A stretch of DNA of 63,346 nt, filler included, from Licmophora abbreviata (taxonomy: Eukaryota), in the NCBI GenBank assembly GCA_900291995.1. It is 28 parts of 28 records of this genome, joined end to end, with 100 filler letters (N's around TTAATTAATTAA, not from the genome) between each part and the next. Parts side by side here need not be neighbours in the genome. Positions count along the whole stretch, not along the records: positions 30,733 to 35,347 come from OLMU01002782.1; positions 35,448 to 42,246 come from OLMU01002783.1; positions 42,347 to 44,361 come from OLMU01002784.1; 25 more parts are not named here. The stretch is one strand, 5' to 3'. A model generated the notes under the pieces. That model saw only the letters and a list, made by a program, of their open reading frames with translations. It did no database searches and was not told the DNA's origin. Below are positions 32,724 through 42,910 of the stretch, piece after piece (within the stretch, counting starts at the first letter, position 1; each line of letters opens with the position of its first letter). A program made the position numbers and the translations under genes.

Positions 32724-33611
32724 ATGAGGTTTCTAATCTTGGGCGCATCCGCTGGAGGCGGCTTGCCTCAATGGAATTGCGGGTGCCCGAACTGCGTCGA
32801 TGCCCGGAACGGGAAAATTCCATGTTCCGGGCAATCCTCTTTGGCTGTTTCGCTGGATGGGGACACGTGGAGCATTCTCAACGCATCGCCTGACATTCGT
32901 CAGCAGATGTTGGACAATCCACAGATGCACCCGCGGTCCTTGCGCGACACGCCGGTGACATCCGTTCTTTTGACCAATGGTGACATCGACCATATCGCCG
33001 GCCTTCTCAGCTTGCGTGAGCAGACACCATTCTCGCTTTTCGCCACCAGCGAAATATTGGACGTGCTGTCCGAAAACCGGATATTCGACGCTGTAAACCG
33101 CGAAAAGGTCACCCGTCACCCGGTGGCGTTGACACAGGACTTCGACTTGCAACCCGGGCTTTCGGCGCGGTTGTTCGCGGTTCCCGGAAAAGTCCCGCTT
33201 TTCATGGAAGGCAATGATGTTCGGACGGACTTGATCGGAGAACAGACAGTGGGCGTGCGCCTCACCGGCAACGGCAAAGTCGCCTATTACGTCCCCGGCT
33301 GCGCCGATGTGACCGATGCCGTCCTCGAACAACTTTCCGACGCCGACCGGATATTCTTCGACGGCACCTTGTGGGACGATGACGAGATGATCCGGTCGGG
33401 CACCGGGATCAAGACGGGCCGTCGCATGGGGCATATTCCGATCAGCGGACCAGATGGATCGATTGTCCGGCTCCAAGGCCTGCGCGCCGCAAAGACCTTC
33501 ATTCATATCAACAATACGAACCCGATTCTTCAGCCCACTAGTCCAGAACGCGCTTTCGTCGAACAGTCCGGGTGGGACATCGCCCATGACGGACAGGAGA
33601 TATCAGCATGA
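32724..33611 (+). CDS. pqqB: PQQ biosynthesis protein B
   Basis: LGASAGGGLPQWNCGCPNC, NASPDIRQQ, DHIAGLLSLRE, IHINNTNP. Confidence 0.97.
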   Translation: MRFLILGASAGGGLPQWNCGCPNCVDARNGKIPCSGQSSLAVSLDGDTWSILNASPDIRQQMLDNPQMHPRSLRDTPVTSVLLTNGDIDHIAGLLSLREQTPFSLFATSEILDVLSENRIFDAVNREKVTRHPVALTQDFDLQPGLSARLFAVPGKVPLFMEGNDVRTDLIGEQTVGVRLTGNGKVAYYVPGCADVTDAVLEQLSDADRIFFDGTLWDDDEMIRSGTGIKTGRRMGHIPISGPDGSIVRLQGLRAAKTFIHINNTNPILQPTSPERAFVEQSGWDIAHDGQEISA

Positions 33612-34336
33612 CCCGTGAGACACTCGAGGCGCGCCTTCGAAAGATCGGCGAGGAGCGATATCACGACAAGCACCCTTTTCACGACCGGCTGCACGGCGGG
33701 CACTGCAGCCCTGATGAAGTGCGCGCCTGGGTGATCAACCGCTGGGCCTATCAGGCGGCGATCCCGATGAAGGATGCCGCGTTCATATCGCGCTGCACGG
33801 ATCCCGACATGCGCCGTGCGTGGCGGTCTCGAATCGAAGATCATGACGGAGGAATTGACGAAGGCGGAGGCATACGCCGCTGGTTGAAACTGGCCGAGGC
33901 CGTGGGTCTCGACGCCGATTATGTGGCGTCGGGAAAAGGCGTCTTGCCGGCAACGCGTTTTGCGGTGGAGGCGTATGTCCGATACGTGCAGACCATGCCG
34001 CTCCTGCAGGCCGTTGCCTCGTCCTTGACCGAGCTTTTCGCGCCCAAGATTCACGAGCGCAGGATCGAAGGCCTGCTTGAACACTACGCCTTCGCCAATA
34101 CGGAAAGCCTGTCCTATTTCAAAAACCGCTTGGACCAGGCCCCGCGCGATGTCGCCTTCGGGCTTCAATGGGTCCTTGATCATGCCGATACCGCCGAGAA
34201 AGAAGACATGGCCTGTGAGGCCCTGATATTCAAAACCGAAGTTTTGTGGGCCCAGCTCGATGCGATCTGGTCGGCCTATGTGGAGCCGGGCCGCATTCCT
34301 CCCGGCGCATGGCAGCCTGGCGAGGGTTTGCAATGA
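33608..34336 (+). CDS. pqqC: PQQ synthase
   Basis: [40 protein letters not shown]. Confidence 0.97.
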   Translation: MTRETLEARLRKIGEERYHDKHPFHDRLHGGHCSPDEVRAWVINRWAYQAAIPMKDAAFISRCTDPDMRRAWRSRIEDHDGGIDEGGGIRRWLKLAEAVGLDADYVASGKGVLPATRFAVEAYVRYVQTMPLLQAVASSLTELFAPKIHERRIEGLLEHYAFANTESLSYFKNRLDQAPRDVAFGLQWVLDHADTAEKEDMACEALIFKTEVLWAQLDAIWSAYVEPGRIPPGAWQPGEGLQ

Positions 34337-34620
34337 CTTTGGCATTAGGTCGCCATGACATACCCTATTTGCCGCGCGGCGTCCGAATACATCACGATCG
34401 CGTACGCGGTCAAAACGTTCTTCTGGCACCTGAAAAAGCGATCGAATTGGACGAGATCGGCTTGGCAATTCTGTCTCGGGTCGATGGTGACACCACCTTC
34501 GGTCAGATCATCGCGTCGCTTGCCGCAGCCTATGACGCACCTGCAGATCGCATAGAAGAGGACGTGCAGCAGTTCCTGACAGGATTGCGCTCGCGGGTGT
34601 ACGTGATGGTCCGGACATGA
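34333..34620 (+). CDS. pqqD: PQQ peptide chaperone
   Basis: [26 protein letters not shown] overlaps with pqqC and pqqE. Confidence 0.93.
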   Translation: MTLALGRHDIPYLPRGVRIHHDRVRGQNVLLAPEKAIELDEIGLAILSRVDGDTTFGQIIASLAAAYDAPADRIEEDVQQFLTGLRSRVYVMVRT

Positions 34621-35686
34621 CCATTCCCGCCCCGATCGCTCTGCTGGCCGAGCTGACACATCGCTGTCCGCTAAGTTGCCCCTACTGCTCGAACCCACTG
34701 GAAATGGTGCGCAAGAGCACCGAACTGGACACGGGAACGTGGATCGATGTGTTCTTGCAGGCCGCGGACATGGGCGTCTTGCAACTGCATCTCTCAGGAG
34801 GAGAGCCAGCATCACGGCGCGATCTGGAAGACCTGACGCGCGCGGCGTCCGAGGCCGGGCTTTATACCAACCTCATCACATCCGGGATCGGGCTCACGCC
34901 ACGTCGGCTCGATGCGCTGGAAGCGGCGGGGCTCGACCACGTTCAGCTATCGCTTCAGGGGACGAATGCCGAGCTGGCCGACAGGATCGGCGGATATAAA
35001 GGCGGCTTTGAACGCAAGCTGTCGATCGCAAGAGACATCAAGGAACGTGGCCTTCCCCTGACATTGAACGCGGTGATGCATCGCCAGAACCTCGATGATC
35101 TGGACCGCACGATCGAGATGGCCGTCGAGCTGGGAGCACGGCGACTTGAAGTCGCCTGTGTTCAGTTCCACGGCTGGGCCACGAAAAATCGCGCAGCCCT
35201 GATGCCCACGCGCGAGCAGACCGAAGCGGTCAAGCACACAGTCGCCACCGCCGCCCGGCGCCTGAGCGGCATTCTGGCGTTCGATTTCGTTCCGCCCGAT
35301 TACCATGCCGATTACCCAAAGGCCTGCATGGGAGGCTGGGGATCAGCNNNNNNNNNNNNNNNNNNNNNNNNNNNNNNNNNNNNNNNNNNNNTTAATTAAT
35401 TAANNNNNNNNNNNNNNNNNNNNNNNNNNNNNNNNNNNNNNNNNNNNACAAGAGCCCGGCATTCAACGCCTATCGTGGTACGGATTGGATGCCCGAACCC
35501 TGCCGCAGCTGCGAGCGAAAGACCATCGATTTTGGAGGGTGCCGCTGTCAGGCCTTGGCAATTGCCGGTGACGCGGCTGCGACAGATCCGGTTTGCGTGA
35601 AATCCAAAGACCACGACAAGGTGCGCCAACTTCTCGATGATGCAACCGGACACGAAGAGCCCCTGTCCTACCGGGTGAACCCCTGA
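34617..35686 (+). CDS. pqqE: PqqA peptide cyclase, radical SAM/SPASM (gap inside)
   Basis: [34 protein letters not shown]...DFGGCRCQA. Confidence 0.96.
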
Positions 35687-35777
35687 TCCGATTGCGACCG
35701 GCAGCAAGACCGCCGATGACCATCAAGACGCAAAACGTGACTGGCCGACAGTATCGGCCAGTCCTGCCGATTCCCGG

Positions 35778-36353
35778 TTATTCCACCAGCTCGATTTCGA
35801 GACCGATATCAGCATACCAATCCGCAATTTCGCGGATTTCGCTATCGGACAACGACTGCGCCATGGGCGTCATGATGTCGTGCTGGCGTTTGCCGTTACG
35901 AAACGCCTTGAGTTGCGTGTCGATATAGATGTTTGCCTCGCCTGCAAGGTTTGGCACATCTTCTGCGACATGCAGCCCGTCGGCACCGTGACAGGCCACG
36001 CATTGTTCGGGCGCTGCCGAGGGATCCTGCGTCAGGGTGACCTGAACCCGGTGTCCCGAATACCATGCCGCCAAGTCCGCGATTTGCTCATCACTGAGCA
36101 TTTTGGCCACGATCGACATCATCTCATGCTCACGCGTGCCATCCCGAAAAGCGGTCAGCTGGGCGCGAATATAACTGGCAGGCTCGCCCCCGATATGGGG
36201 CGCGATCGGGATCTGGGCATACCCGTCAAGACCATGACAGGTCCGGCATTGACTTGCCAGTTTACGTCCTTCATCCCGGTCACCCAAGTCTTCTGCATGG
36301 GCACCCCCGGCGAGCAAAAGCCCGCCGAGGATTGTCATCACCGCAGCCTTCAT
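35778..36353 (-). CDS. Periplasmic dihaem c-type cytochrome (c4/c553-like)
   Basis: Signal peptide; two CxxCH motifs (CRTCH, CVACH), each followed by a distal Met region. Confidence 0.9.
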   Translation of the reverse strand: MKAAVMTILGGLLLAGGAHAEDLGDRDEGRKLASQCRTCHGLDGYAQIPIAPHIGGEPASYIRAQLTAFRDGTREHEMMSIVAKMLSDEQIADLAAWYSGHRVQVTLTQDPSAAPEQCVACHGADGLHVAEDVPNLAGEANIYIDTQLKAFRNGKRQHDIMTPMAQSLSDSEIREIADWYADIGLEIELVE

Positions 36354-37615
36354 TCCGCAGGCTTGGGGTTGTAGGCGATCCGCCAGATCGCACCGGCAAA
36401 ATCGTCAGAGACCAGCATCGATCCATCCGGCAGGAACTCGATGTCCATGGGACGGCCGCGATATTCGCCCGTGCTTTCGTCAAGCCATCCGTCTGCGAAC
36501 ACCTGCGCGCCCATCGCATCGCCCGTTTCCGGGTCAAGTGCGGTGAACATCACGCGCGCGCCAACCGGAGTTGTGCGGTTCCACGACCCGTGCTGCGCCC
36601 AGAAGATGCCGCCATGATACTCCTCGGGGAAGCTCTTATCGTGATAGAACCGCATGCCAAGATCGGCCGCGTGCGCGGTCAATTCAAGCTGAGGCTCGAC
36701 GAACTCCACCCCCTCAGGGCGCGGTGCATCGGCCTCCGAGACGATCTCGACCCGTGCATTCGTCCAGGGGAACCCGAAATGCTGCCCGGCAGCGGTTTGA
36801 CGGTTCAACTCGCCGGGGGGGATATCGTCTCCCATGCCGTCGACTTGGTTGTCGGTCCACCAAAGCTCGCCCGTTGCGGGGTTGAAGTCTTGCCCAACCG
36901 AGTTCCGCACGCCTCGGGTATAGACCTCGCGGCCCGTACCATCGGTATTGATGCGGATGATGCCACCGATGCCGATTTCATCATACATCTCGATCTTCTC
37001 GATGGGCTGCACATTGTAGGGCTGGCCGAGCGAGATATAGAGCTTCCCATCTGGTCCGATATCACAGACACGCGCCGTGTGGTTGAAGCTTTCTTCCGCT
37101 TCCGGAACCAATTCACCCTGCGCTACGACGACACCGACTGCCGGGTCCGGCCCTTCGAAAAAGAACTCGGCCGCAGGGAACACGAGCACTCGGTTGCGCT
37201 CGGCGATGTAGAGAAAGCCGTCAGGCGAAAAACAGGGGCCGTTCGGGATATCGAACGTGATCGATGGTGCGAAATCCTTCACCTGATCTGCCACCCGGTC
37301 ACGGTCGCGATCGACAATCGACCACACCTTGTCCTTGCGCGTCCCTGCAAAAAGAACTGTTCCCTGCGGTGCCATGGCCATCGAGCGCGCATCCGGCACA
37401 ACGGCATAGAGACTTGCTTCGAATCCGTCAGGCAGGTTGATTTGCTCGGCGATTTTCTTGAGCGACTCGGCCCGGTCTCCCTCCTGATCGACGAACGTGA
37501 ACGTCGCGTCCGTCTTTTGCATATTTGTAAGTTTATCCATATTGTCTTGGGCCATTGCCGGTCCAACCAGCATCGTTCCAAGCAGAAGGCTCGTAAGCAT
37601 CTTCTGGTGCATCAT
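36350..37615 (-). CDS. PQQ-dependent sugar/sorbosone dehydrogenase family (six-bladed propeller)
   Basis: Signal peptide, LPDGF, GPDGKLYISLG, GVRNSVG, PPGELN, AQHGSWNR, GRPMDI, SDDFAGAIWRI; RBS AAGGGAGG before 37615. Confidence 0.88.
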   Translation of the reverse strand: MMHQKMLTSLLLGTMLVGPAMAQDNMDKLTNMQKTDATFTFVDQEGDRAESLKKIAEQINLPDGFEASLYAVVPDARSMAMAPQGTVLFAGTRKDKVWSIVDRDRDRVADQVKDFAPSITFDIPNGPCFSPDGFLYIAERNRVLVFPAAEFFFEGPDPAVGVVVAQGELVPEAEESFNHTARVCDIGPDGKLYISLGQPYNVQPIEKIEMYDEIGIGGIIRINTDGTGREVYTRGVRNSVGQDFNPATGELWWTDNQVDGMGDDIPPGELNRQTAAGQHFGFPWTNARVEIVSEADAPRPEGVEFVEPQLELTAHAADLGMRFYHDKSFPEEYHGGIFWAQHGSWNRTTPVGARVMFTALDPETGDAMGAQVFADGWLDESTGEYRGRPMDIEFLPDGSMLVSDDFAGAIWRIAYNPKPAE

Positions 37616-37692
37616 ATTTCCTCCCTTGATCTTCACGGGAGCGTTTAACGATCTTGCGCCGTCCCCCCCGTGATCAGCAATCATCACTTGAG

Positions 37693-37721
37693 TTTTGACC
37701 ACCTGTCAACTTTTTTGACCA
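37693..37721. promoter_or_regulatory. Candidate operator upstream of the PQQ dehydrogenase
   Basis: TTTTGACCA direct repeat with a 20-bp period (37693, 37713) overlapping the palindrome TTGAC-N5-GTCAA. Confidence 0.4.
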
Positions 37722-37839
37722 ATTTGCAGATATGCGCCACTTTTGGGCCTGGCCGCATCCCGGCACAGCTTCGGTATCTGCGCGTTGGCCGGTTGAGTGA
37801 TATCGACGCCGCACCAGCACCGCGCGCAATCTGGTTCTG

Positions 37840-38832
37840 TCAATCGGGCGATCCCACGACTCCGGGGCTTGGATTGCGATCTGCACGACGCCAGCGATCC
37901 TCACCTCGCGCAGTCCAACCGTAATCGACATAATCCCAGTCGATCCGGTCCCCCCTCAGGGTGATCGAGTTGAACCCTTCCGCCGTTTCGAAATACGCGC
38001 CCCTCCACCAATTTCCGCACACGGCCCCACCGGTCAGGAAGGTCGTGCCGCGCCAATGCAAGGCCTCGGTGACATGAAGATGTCCCTGAAGCACGAGGAT
38101 CAGATTATGATCCGCGAAAAGCTTCAGAACCTCGATGTTGTTGATCACGACGCGGTTGGGCGGCGCCTCAAAGGTGGCGCCCCGGGTTGCGCTGAAGAAC
38201 GTCGTCAGAAGCGGCATATGGAGGACCAGTACGATCGGGTTGGCCGCGGGTATGGACGACAGCAACTCCCGGAGCCATGCGATTTGTTCGGATGACACCC
38301 AGCCGTGGTATCGGTGCGCGTCGTCGGACACCCGCAGGGAATCAAGCAAGATGAAGCGATAGCCAAGCGCTTCGAACGTGCCATGGCTTTGCCGCAGGCC
38401 GAGGCGCTGTTTGAAGTCCCGGCGCGGGTCGGACAGCGCGTCAGAACCGTCCGATGGCCGCACGCCCACGAGATCGTGGTTGCCGATCACCGCGTGATGC
38501 TCGGCCTCGATGGCGCGCACCATATCCATATAGGCGTCCCATCGCGGTGCCGCCTGATCCGGACGCAGGCTGGCACCGCCTGCGATCAGATCCCCACCGC
38601 ACAGGACCAAATCCGCCCTTTGGGCGTTGATCGCCATGGCAGCCATGGCCAGGGCCTGGGATGTCTCGGCCGTGCCGTCGGCATGAATGTCCGTGTAGAA
38701 CACCAGCCGAAGGTCCCCCCTGTCAGAGCCCCGGATGCGCCATGACGTGCCCGCAAGGCCTGGCGACCCGATCAGACTGCCACCTGCAGCCATCGCCTTC
38801 ATAAAACCGCGTCGCGACATTCCCGACATCAT
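37840..38832 (-). CDS. Tat-exported calcineurin-like metallophosphoesterase
   Basis: SRRGFMK twin-arginine signal; TDIH, GGDL, GNHD, HMP and GHLH motifs; start overlaps the upstream stop. Confidence 0.88.
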   Translation of the reverse strand: MMSGMSRRGFMKAMAAGGSLIGSPGLAGTSWRIRGSDRGDLRLVFYTDIHADGTAETSQALAMAAMAINAQRADLVLCGGDLIAGGASLRPDQAAPRWDAYMDMVRAIEAEHHAVIGNHDLVGVRPSDGSDALSDPRRDFKQRLGLRQSHGTFEALGYRFILLDSLRVSDDAHRYHGWVSSEQIAWLRELLSSIPAANPIVLVLHMPLLTTFFSATRGATFEAPPNRVVINNIEVLKLFADHNLILVLQGHLHVTEALHWRGTTFLTGGAVCGNWWRGAYFETAEGFNSITLRGDRIDWDYVDYGWTARGEDRWRRADRNPSPGVVGSPD

Positions 38833-40079
38833 CCGACCCCGCGCTGGCACAATGCCCGTGTGCAGGCGTATCCCCCCAAAAGGAAGGCACCCACAACTCC
38901 TGTGAACAGCAACGCCATCTGCATTGGGCTGAACCGGACCATCAGGTGTTTGCTGACCGCGCTGTGGTAAGGCTTCGAGAGGTCGGCGGCCGCCTTCACA
39001 TCGGCTTCGTTCTGGGCGGACCATTCATAACTGGAGCCGCGGATCACCCCGCCAAAATAGTCCTGAAGAATGCGGTTTTCCCAGTATGCCGTCGCGAAAT
39101 AACGCGCTTGCCTGTCGCGTTGCTCGGCATTCGCGGCCCGCCTCATATGGCTGTCTCGCCTGACCAGATGAACCCTAGCTTCATGCAGAAAAGGATCCGC
39201 CAGAGGCGAATAGAGCACCAGAAATTCCTGATACCTTTCCCGCTCGCGATACTGGTCGAGTATGCGCCTGCCCTCGTCTGCGCGCTCCATCGACGCGCGG
39301 CGCAGATCCTCGACTTTCAGCCTCGAGCGAAAAAAACCATTGGCCGCATCGCCATGCAGATACCCGTACTCGACCATGATGCTGCGATCCGGATCGATCC
39401 CCCCCAGCCCCGGCACATTGGACGCGTACCAAGCGATCCGATCCGGGGTGTTTTGCAGGCAAAGGCCCAGATACCCCAGCATGACCGCGCTGAGATAGCA
39501 AAGGCGTCTCACACTCACCAAACCGGGCCAGCCTGAAATCATCCTTGGCCGAACGCCCGCCGCGATGCCGATCTGCACCAGAACCACGGCCTTCATGTTC
39601 AGCAAGATATCTCTCAGGTCGAAGTAACGCCCTGGCACCAGCCACTGCAGGGTTTCGTCCATCATCCCCACCAGCGTCCCCACGACAGCGGCGGCCAGAT
39701 AGATGCTGTAATCACGGACCCGATGACTGAAGGCCCGGAAAAGCAGAAGCGACAGAACACCGTATTGAACATAGTGTATCGCTTCTTCCGGGCTTCCATC
39801 CGCAAGGCCGAACGTGAGGTAGATCACCAGACCCGCGATCCCGAGAAGCCAGACAAATGACGATAGGGACCACCGCTTGCGCCTGGCGTAAAGCGCCGAA
39901 ACCGTCGCCAGAAGGACGCAGGCCGCAACGACATAGGTAAAGACCTCGCTTCCCCATCGCTCCCTCACGAACGATACCCCGTAACGCACGAAGGGAATGG
40001 TCACGAATGTCAGCGCGGACCAGAGCACCACATAGCCCCAAGACAGGGCGGCGCGTTCTTTGGGGGGATGGTCTAACAT
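38829..40079 (-). CDS. VanZ-domain membrane protein with a large C-terminal soluble domain
   Basis: EEAIHYVQYGVL...DETLQWLVPGRYFDLRDILLN VanZ-like motif, about 7 N-terminal TM segments, soluble domain and terminal TM. Confidence 0.65.
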   Translation of the reverse strand: MLDHPPKERAALSWGYVVLWSALTFVTIPFVRYGVSFVRERWGSEVFTYVVAACVLLATVSALYARRKRWSLSSFVWLLGIAGLVIYLTFGLADGSPEEAIHYVQYGVLSLLLFRAFSHRVRDYSIYLAAAVVGTLVGMMDETLQWLVPGRYFDLRDILLNMKAVVLVQIGIAAGVRPRMISGWPGLVSVRRLCYLSAVMLGYLGLCLQNTPDRIAWYASNVPGLGGIDPDRSIMVEYGYLHGDAANGFFRSRLKVEDLRRASMERADEGRRILDQYRERERYQEFLVLYSPLADPFLHEARVHLVRRDSHMRRAANAEQRDRQARYFATAYWENRILQDYFGGVIRGSSYEWSAQNEADVKAAADLSKPYHSAVSKHLMVRFSPMQMALLFTGVVGAFLLGGYACTRALCQRGVG

Positions 40080-40343
40080 AATGAACTGAAGGTCGAACTC
40101 ACATCGGGAAAAGGTCAGTCAAAAAAGATGCTGGAGCATGGTCCAGCCTGAAACTGTCTCAGGTCGGGAAAGGCGTGTGGTCGAATGCCGCCGTTTCCGG
40201 TTTTCGAAGGTCGTCTTTGATATGACAAAAGCGTACCCAGCCAAACCAGGTGTGGCAAGGGAAACCGGTCTCGCGGCAGCCCGGCTCAGCCCTTGTTCGC
40301 TATGCGCCAACTTATGCCGCAGCGCACCGGAGCGCGGTATACC

Positions 40344-41705
40344 TCACCGATAGCGCGCCACGATCCGAGTCAGGTTGACCCGCGCACGCAACCGCGCCGC
40401 CAGAAGATAGGTGCCCGCGACCTTGCGCTGCACCAAAAGCGTGTCCGTGGCCGGGACATGCCAGAACTCCCGCTCGGTGCCGATCTCAAGCCCCATGTCG
40501 CGCAGCCGGATCGCCAGATCGCTGGTGCCGAAATCAAAAGGCGCGTCGTGGCGCAGCGCCTCCATGCCGGTATCCATAATCGCGAAGATCACATCCCGAT
40601 GATGCGCCGGCGTGCCGGCATCGAAGAGACGCAGCTCCAACGCAGCAGCCTCGGCCCGCGCGCGGCCGCGTTCCAGCCCTGCAGTCATCAACCGATGAAA
40701 CGCCCCGCGCAACTCCGGCGAGAACCAGCGCGCCGCGCCAAAATCCAGCAACACCACCTGCCCCGTGCGCGCATCATAGCGGTAATTGGCGAAATTCGGA
40801 TCGGTCTGCATCGCGCCGAACTCGAACAGCTCGCGCAGCACCAGATCGATCAGCAGACCCGCCACACGGTCCCGCAACTCTTGCGGCGCCTCGGTCAATC
40901 CGGCGATGGGGCGGCTGTCCATATAGTCCATCGCCAGCACATTGGGCGTGCACAGCGCCTCATGCCGGCGCGGCACCAGAAAATCGGCGGAACCAGACAA
41001 AAAACCGCCGAAAGCCTCCAGCGCATCGGCCTCGCGCAGATAATCCGCCTCTTCATGCAACTGGCGCTTGGCATCCTCCATCAGCGGACGCAGATCCAGC
41101 CCGCGCGGCACGGCGCCGGAATAGCGCATCAGCGCACTGACATTGTCCACGTCGCTGTCGATCGCCGCACGGATGCCGGGATACTGCACCTTGATCGCCA
41201 GATCCTGCCCCTCGCGGGTGCGCGCCCGGTGCACCTGCCCGATCGACGCCGCCGCGATCGGGCGCACCTCGAACCGCTCGAACCGTCGCAGCCAATCGCG
41301 GCCCCATTCCGCATCCAGCACGCGGCGCAATTGCTTGGGCGGCATCGGATCGGCGTCTTCGCGCAGCCGGTCAAGGATCGCGGCGATCTCGGGCGGCAGC
41401 ACATCGCCTGCATCCATCGACAAAAGCTGGCCCACCTTCATCGCCGCCCCGCGCATCCGCGACAGCTCTTGCGCAACGCGCCTTGCATTGGCCGGGGTCA
41501 TCAAGAGATCGACGGCGCGCGGGCGGCGCCCGGCGGCCATATGCTGCACACCACTGGCCAGCATCCCACCCGCTATACCCCCAGCCATGCCCCCCATCCG
41601 CAACAGTCGCGCCACACGGCCCGATGGCACGGGCAAACCGCGCCCGGCGTCGGAACCGACGGGATCGGCAGACTGTGTCGCAGGCGGGTCGGGACGTTCG
41701 TTCAC
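40344..41705 (-). CDS. AarF/ABC1/UbiB (COQ8-like) atypical kinase
   Basis: MRGAAMKVGQ, AAASIGQVH, AIKVQYPG, MQTDPNFANY, LLDFGA. Confidence 0.93.
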   Translation of the reverse strand: MNERPDPPATQSADPVGSDAGRGLPVPSGRVARLLRMGGMAGGIAGGMLASGVQHMAAGRRPRAVDLLMTPANARRVAQELSRMRGAAMKVGQLLSMDAGDVLPPEIAAILDRLREDADPMPPKQLRRVLDAEWGRDWLRRFERFEVRPIAAASIGQVHRARTREGQDLAIKVQYPGIRAAIDSDVDNVSALMRYSGAVPRGLDLRPLMEDAKRQLHEEADYLREADALEAFGGFLSGSADFLVPRRHEALCTPNVLAMDYMDSRPIAGLTEAPQELRDRVAGLLIDLVLRELFEFGAMQTDPNFANYRYDARTGQVVLLDFGAARWFSPELRGAFHRLMTAGLERGRARAEAAALELRLFDAGTPAHHRDVIFAIMDTGMEALRHDAPFDFGTSDLAIRLRDMGLEIGTEREFWHVPATDTLLVQRKVAGTYLLAARLRARVNLTRIVARYR

Positions 41706-41949
41706 AGGATCATCCTTGGGCAGACAGCCATAAGGCAATTTGGGCCGCGCGGTTTTCTCATGACCCGGAAGATAGGCGCGTCCGGTCTTTTGCCCAGCGG
41801 CAATTTCTTTGACGCTTCAATGGGATGCGCTCGGCCAGACTGGCAATTTCACAAAAAGCTCGTTTTCTGCGATGATTTTTCCCCATAACCGGGCTATGTT
41901 GTCGAATGCACAGCGAGTGTACCACCGTATGCTGGCGAGGGAGGAAGAC

Positions 41950-42879
41950 ATGGATGATCACGGGAACGTCATCCTTGATTTGGACCTTTTCGCGCAAACA
42001 GCTGAACTCTTCGAGCGCAAGAAGAGCAGTTTCGCGGCAGAGGTTCTGCAAGGGCTCGCACATAGCGTCATCAGCAAAGCTGTTAGCCTGACCGCATCCA
42101 CACCGGTCGGCGGCAAATACATCGCTCCGGCCGACCGCCTCGAGATGTTCTGCACCCATCTGCTCAACGACGATCCTGACGCAGCACTTTCCCTGATCCA
42201 GAAAGAGCGCCGTGACGGGCTGAGCGCGCGCGACATCTATTTCGGGNNNNNNNNNNNNNNNNNNNNNNNNNNNNNNNNNNNNNNNNNNNNTTAATTAATT
42301 AANNNNNNNNNNNNNNNNNNNNNNNNNNNNNNNNNNNNNNNNNNNNATATCTCGGGCTCTGCGCAACGGCTGGGCAGGATGTGGGAAGAGGACGAAGCGT
42401 CTTTTTCCCAAGTCACCAGCGCCTCGGGCTATCTCTATGCGCTGATGCGTGCGCTGCGCCCCGTGGATCGGGATGCCACACCCGGCGCACCCGGTCGCAA
42501 ACATGCGTTGTTCTGCACCGTTCCCGGCGAGAATCACAGCCTTGGCGTCAGCATGGCGGCCGATCTCTTCCGGCGGCAGGGCTGGGATATCGATCTGAAA
42601 CTCGGCCTCAGCCATAACGAGTTGCTGGATCGAATCGCTGTCGGCAAACCTGAAATCGTGGGCCTGTCCTTCAGCAACCCCGAACGGCTCAGCGATCTGA
42701 CGCAGCTTTGTGTCTCGATCCGGCTGTCGCTGCCCCATACGCTGATCGTGGTCGCGGGGCCAGCGGTGGTCGATGCGGACCAACTGCAGCAGGTGACCGA
42801 TGTGGATATGGTGTTCACCGATGTGGACGAGGCTGAACAGCAACTTGCACGGCTGATGCATATGCGCGGACGCGATTGA
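41950..42879 (+). CDS. Cobalamin-binding domain protein, AerR/PpaA-like (gap inside)
   Basis: AQRLGRMWEEDEASFSQVT and PGENHSLG (ExHxxG) motifs; GAGGA RBS before 41950. Confidence 0.78.
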
Positions 42880-42910
42880 CAGCCCCGGCACGGCGCCGGG
42901 TCGATGAACC

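Noticed and set aside
37695..37709. FNR/FnrL box
   Set aside because: The spacer is 5 nt and the half-sites are TTGAC, not TTGAT-N4-ATCAA.
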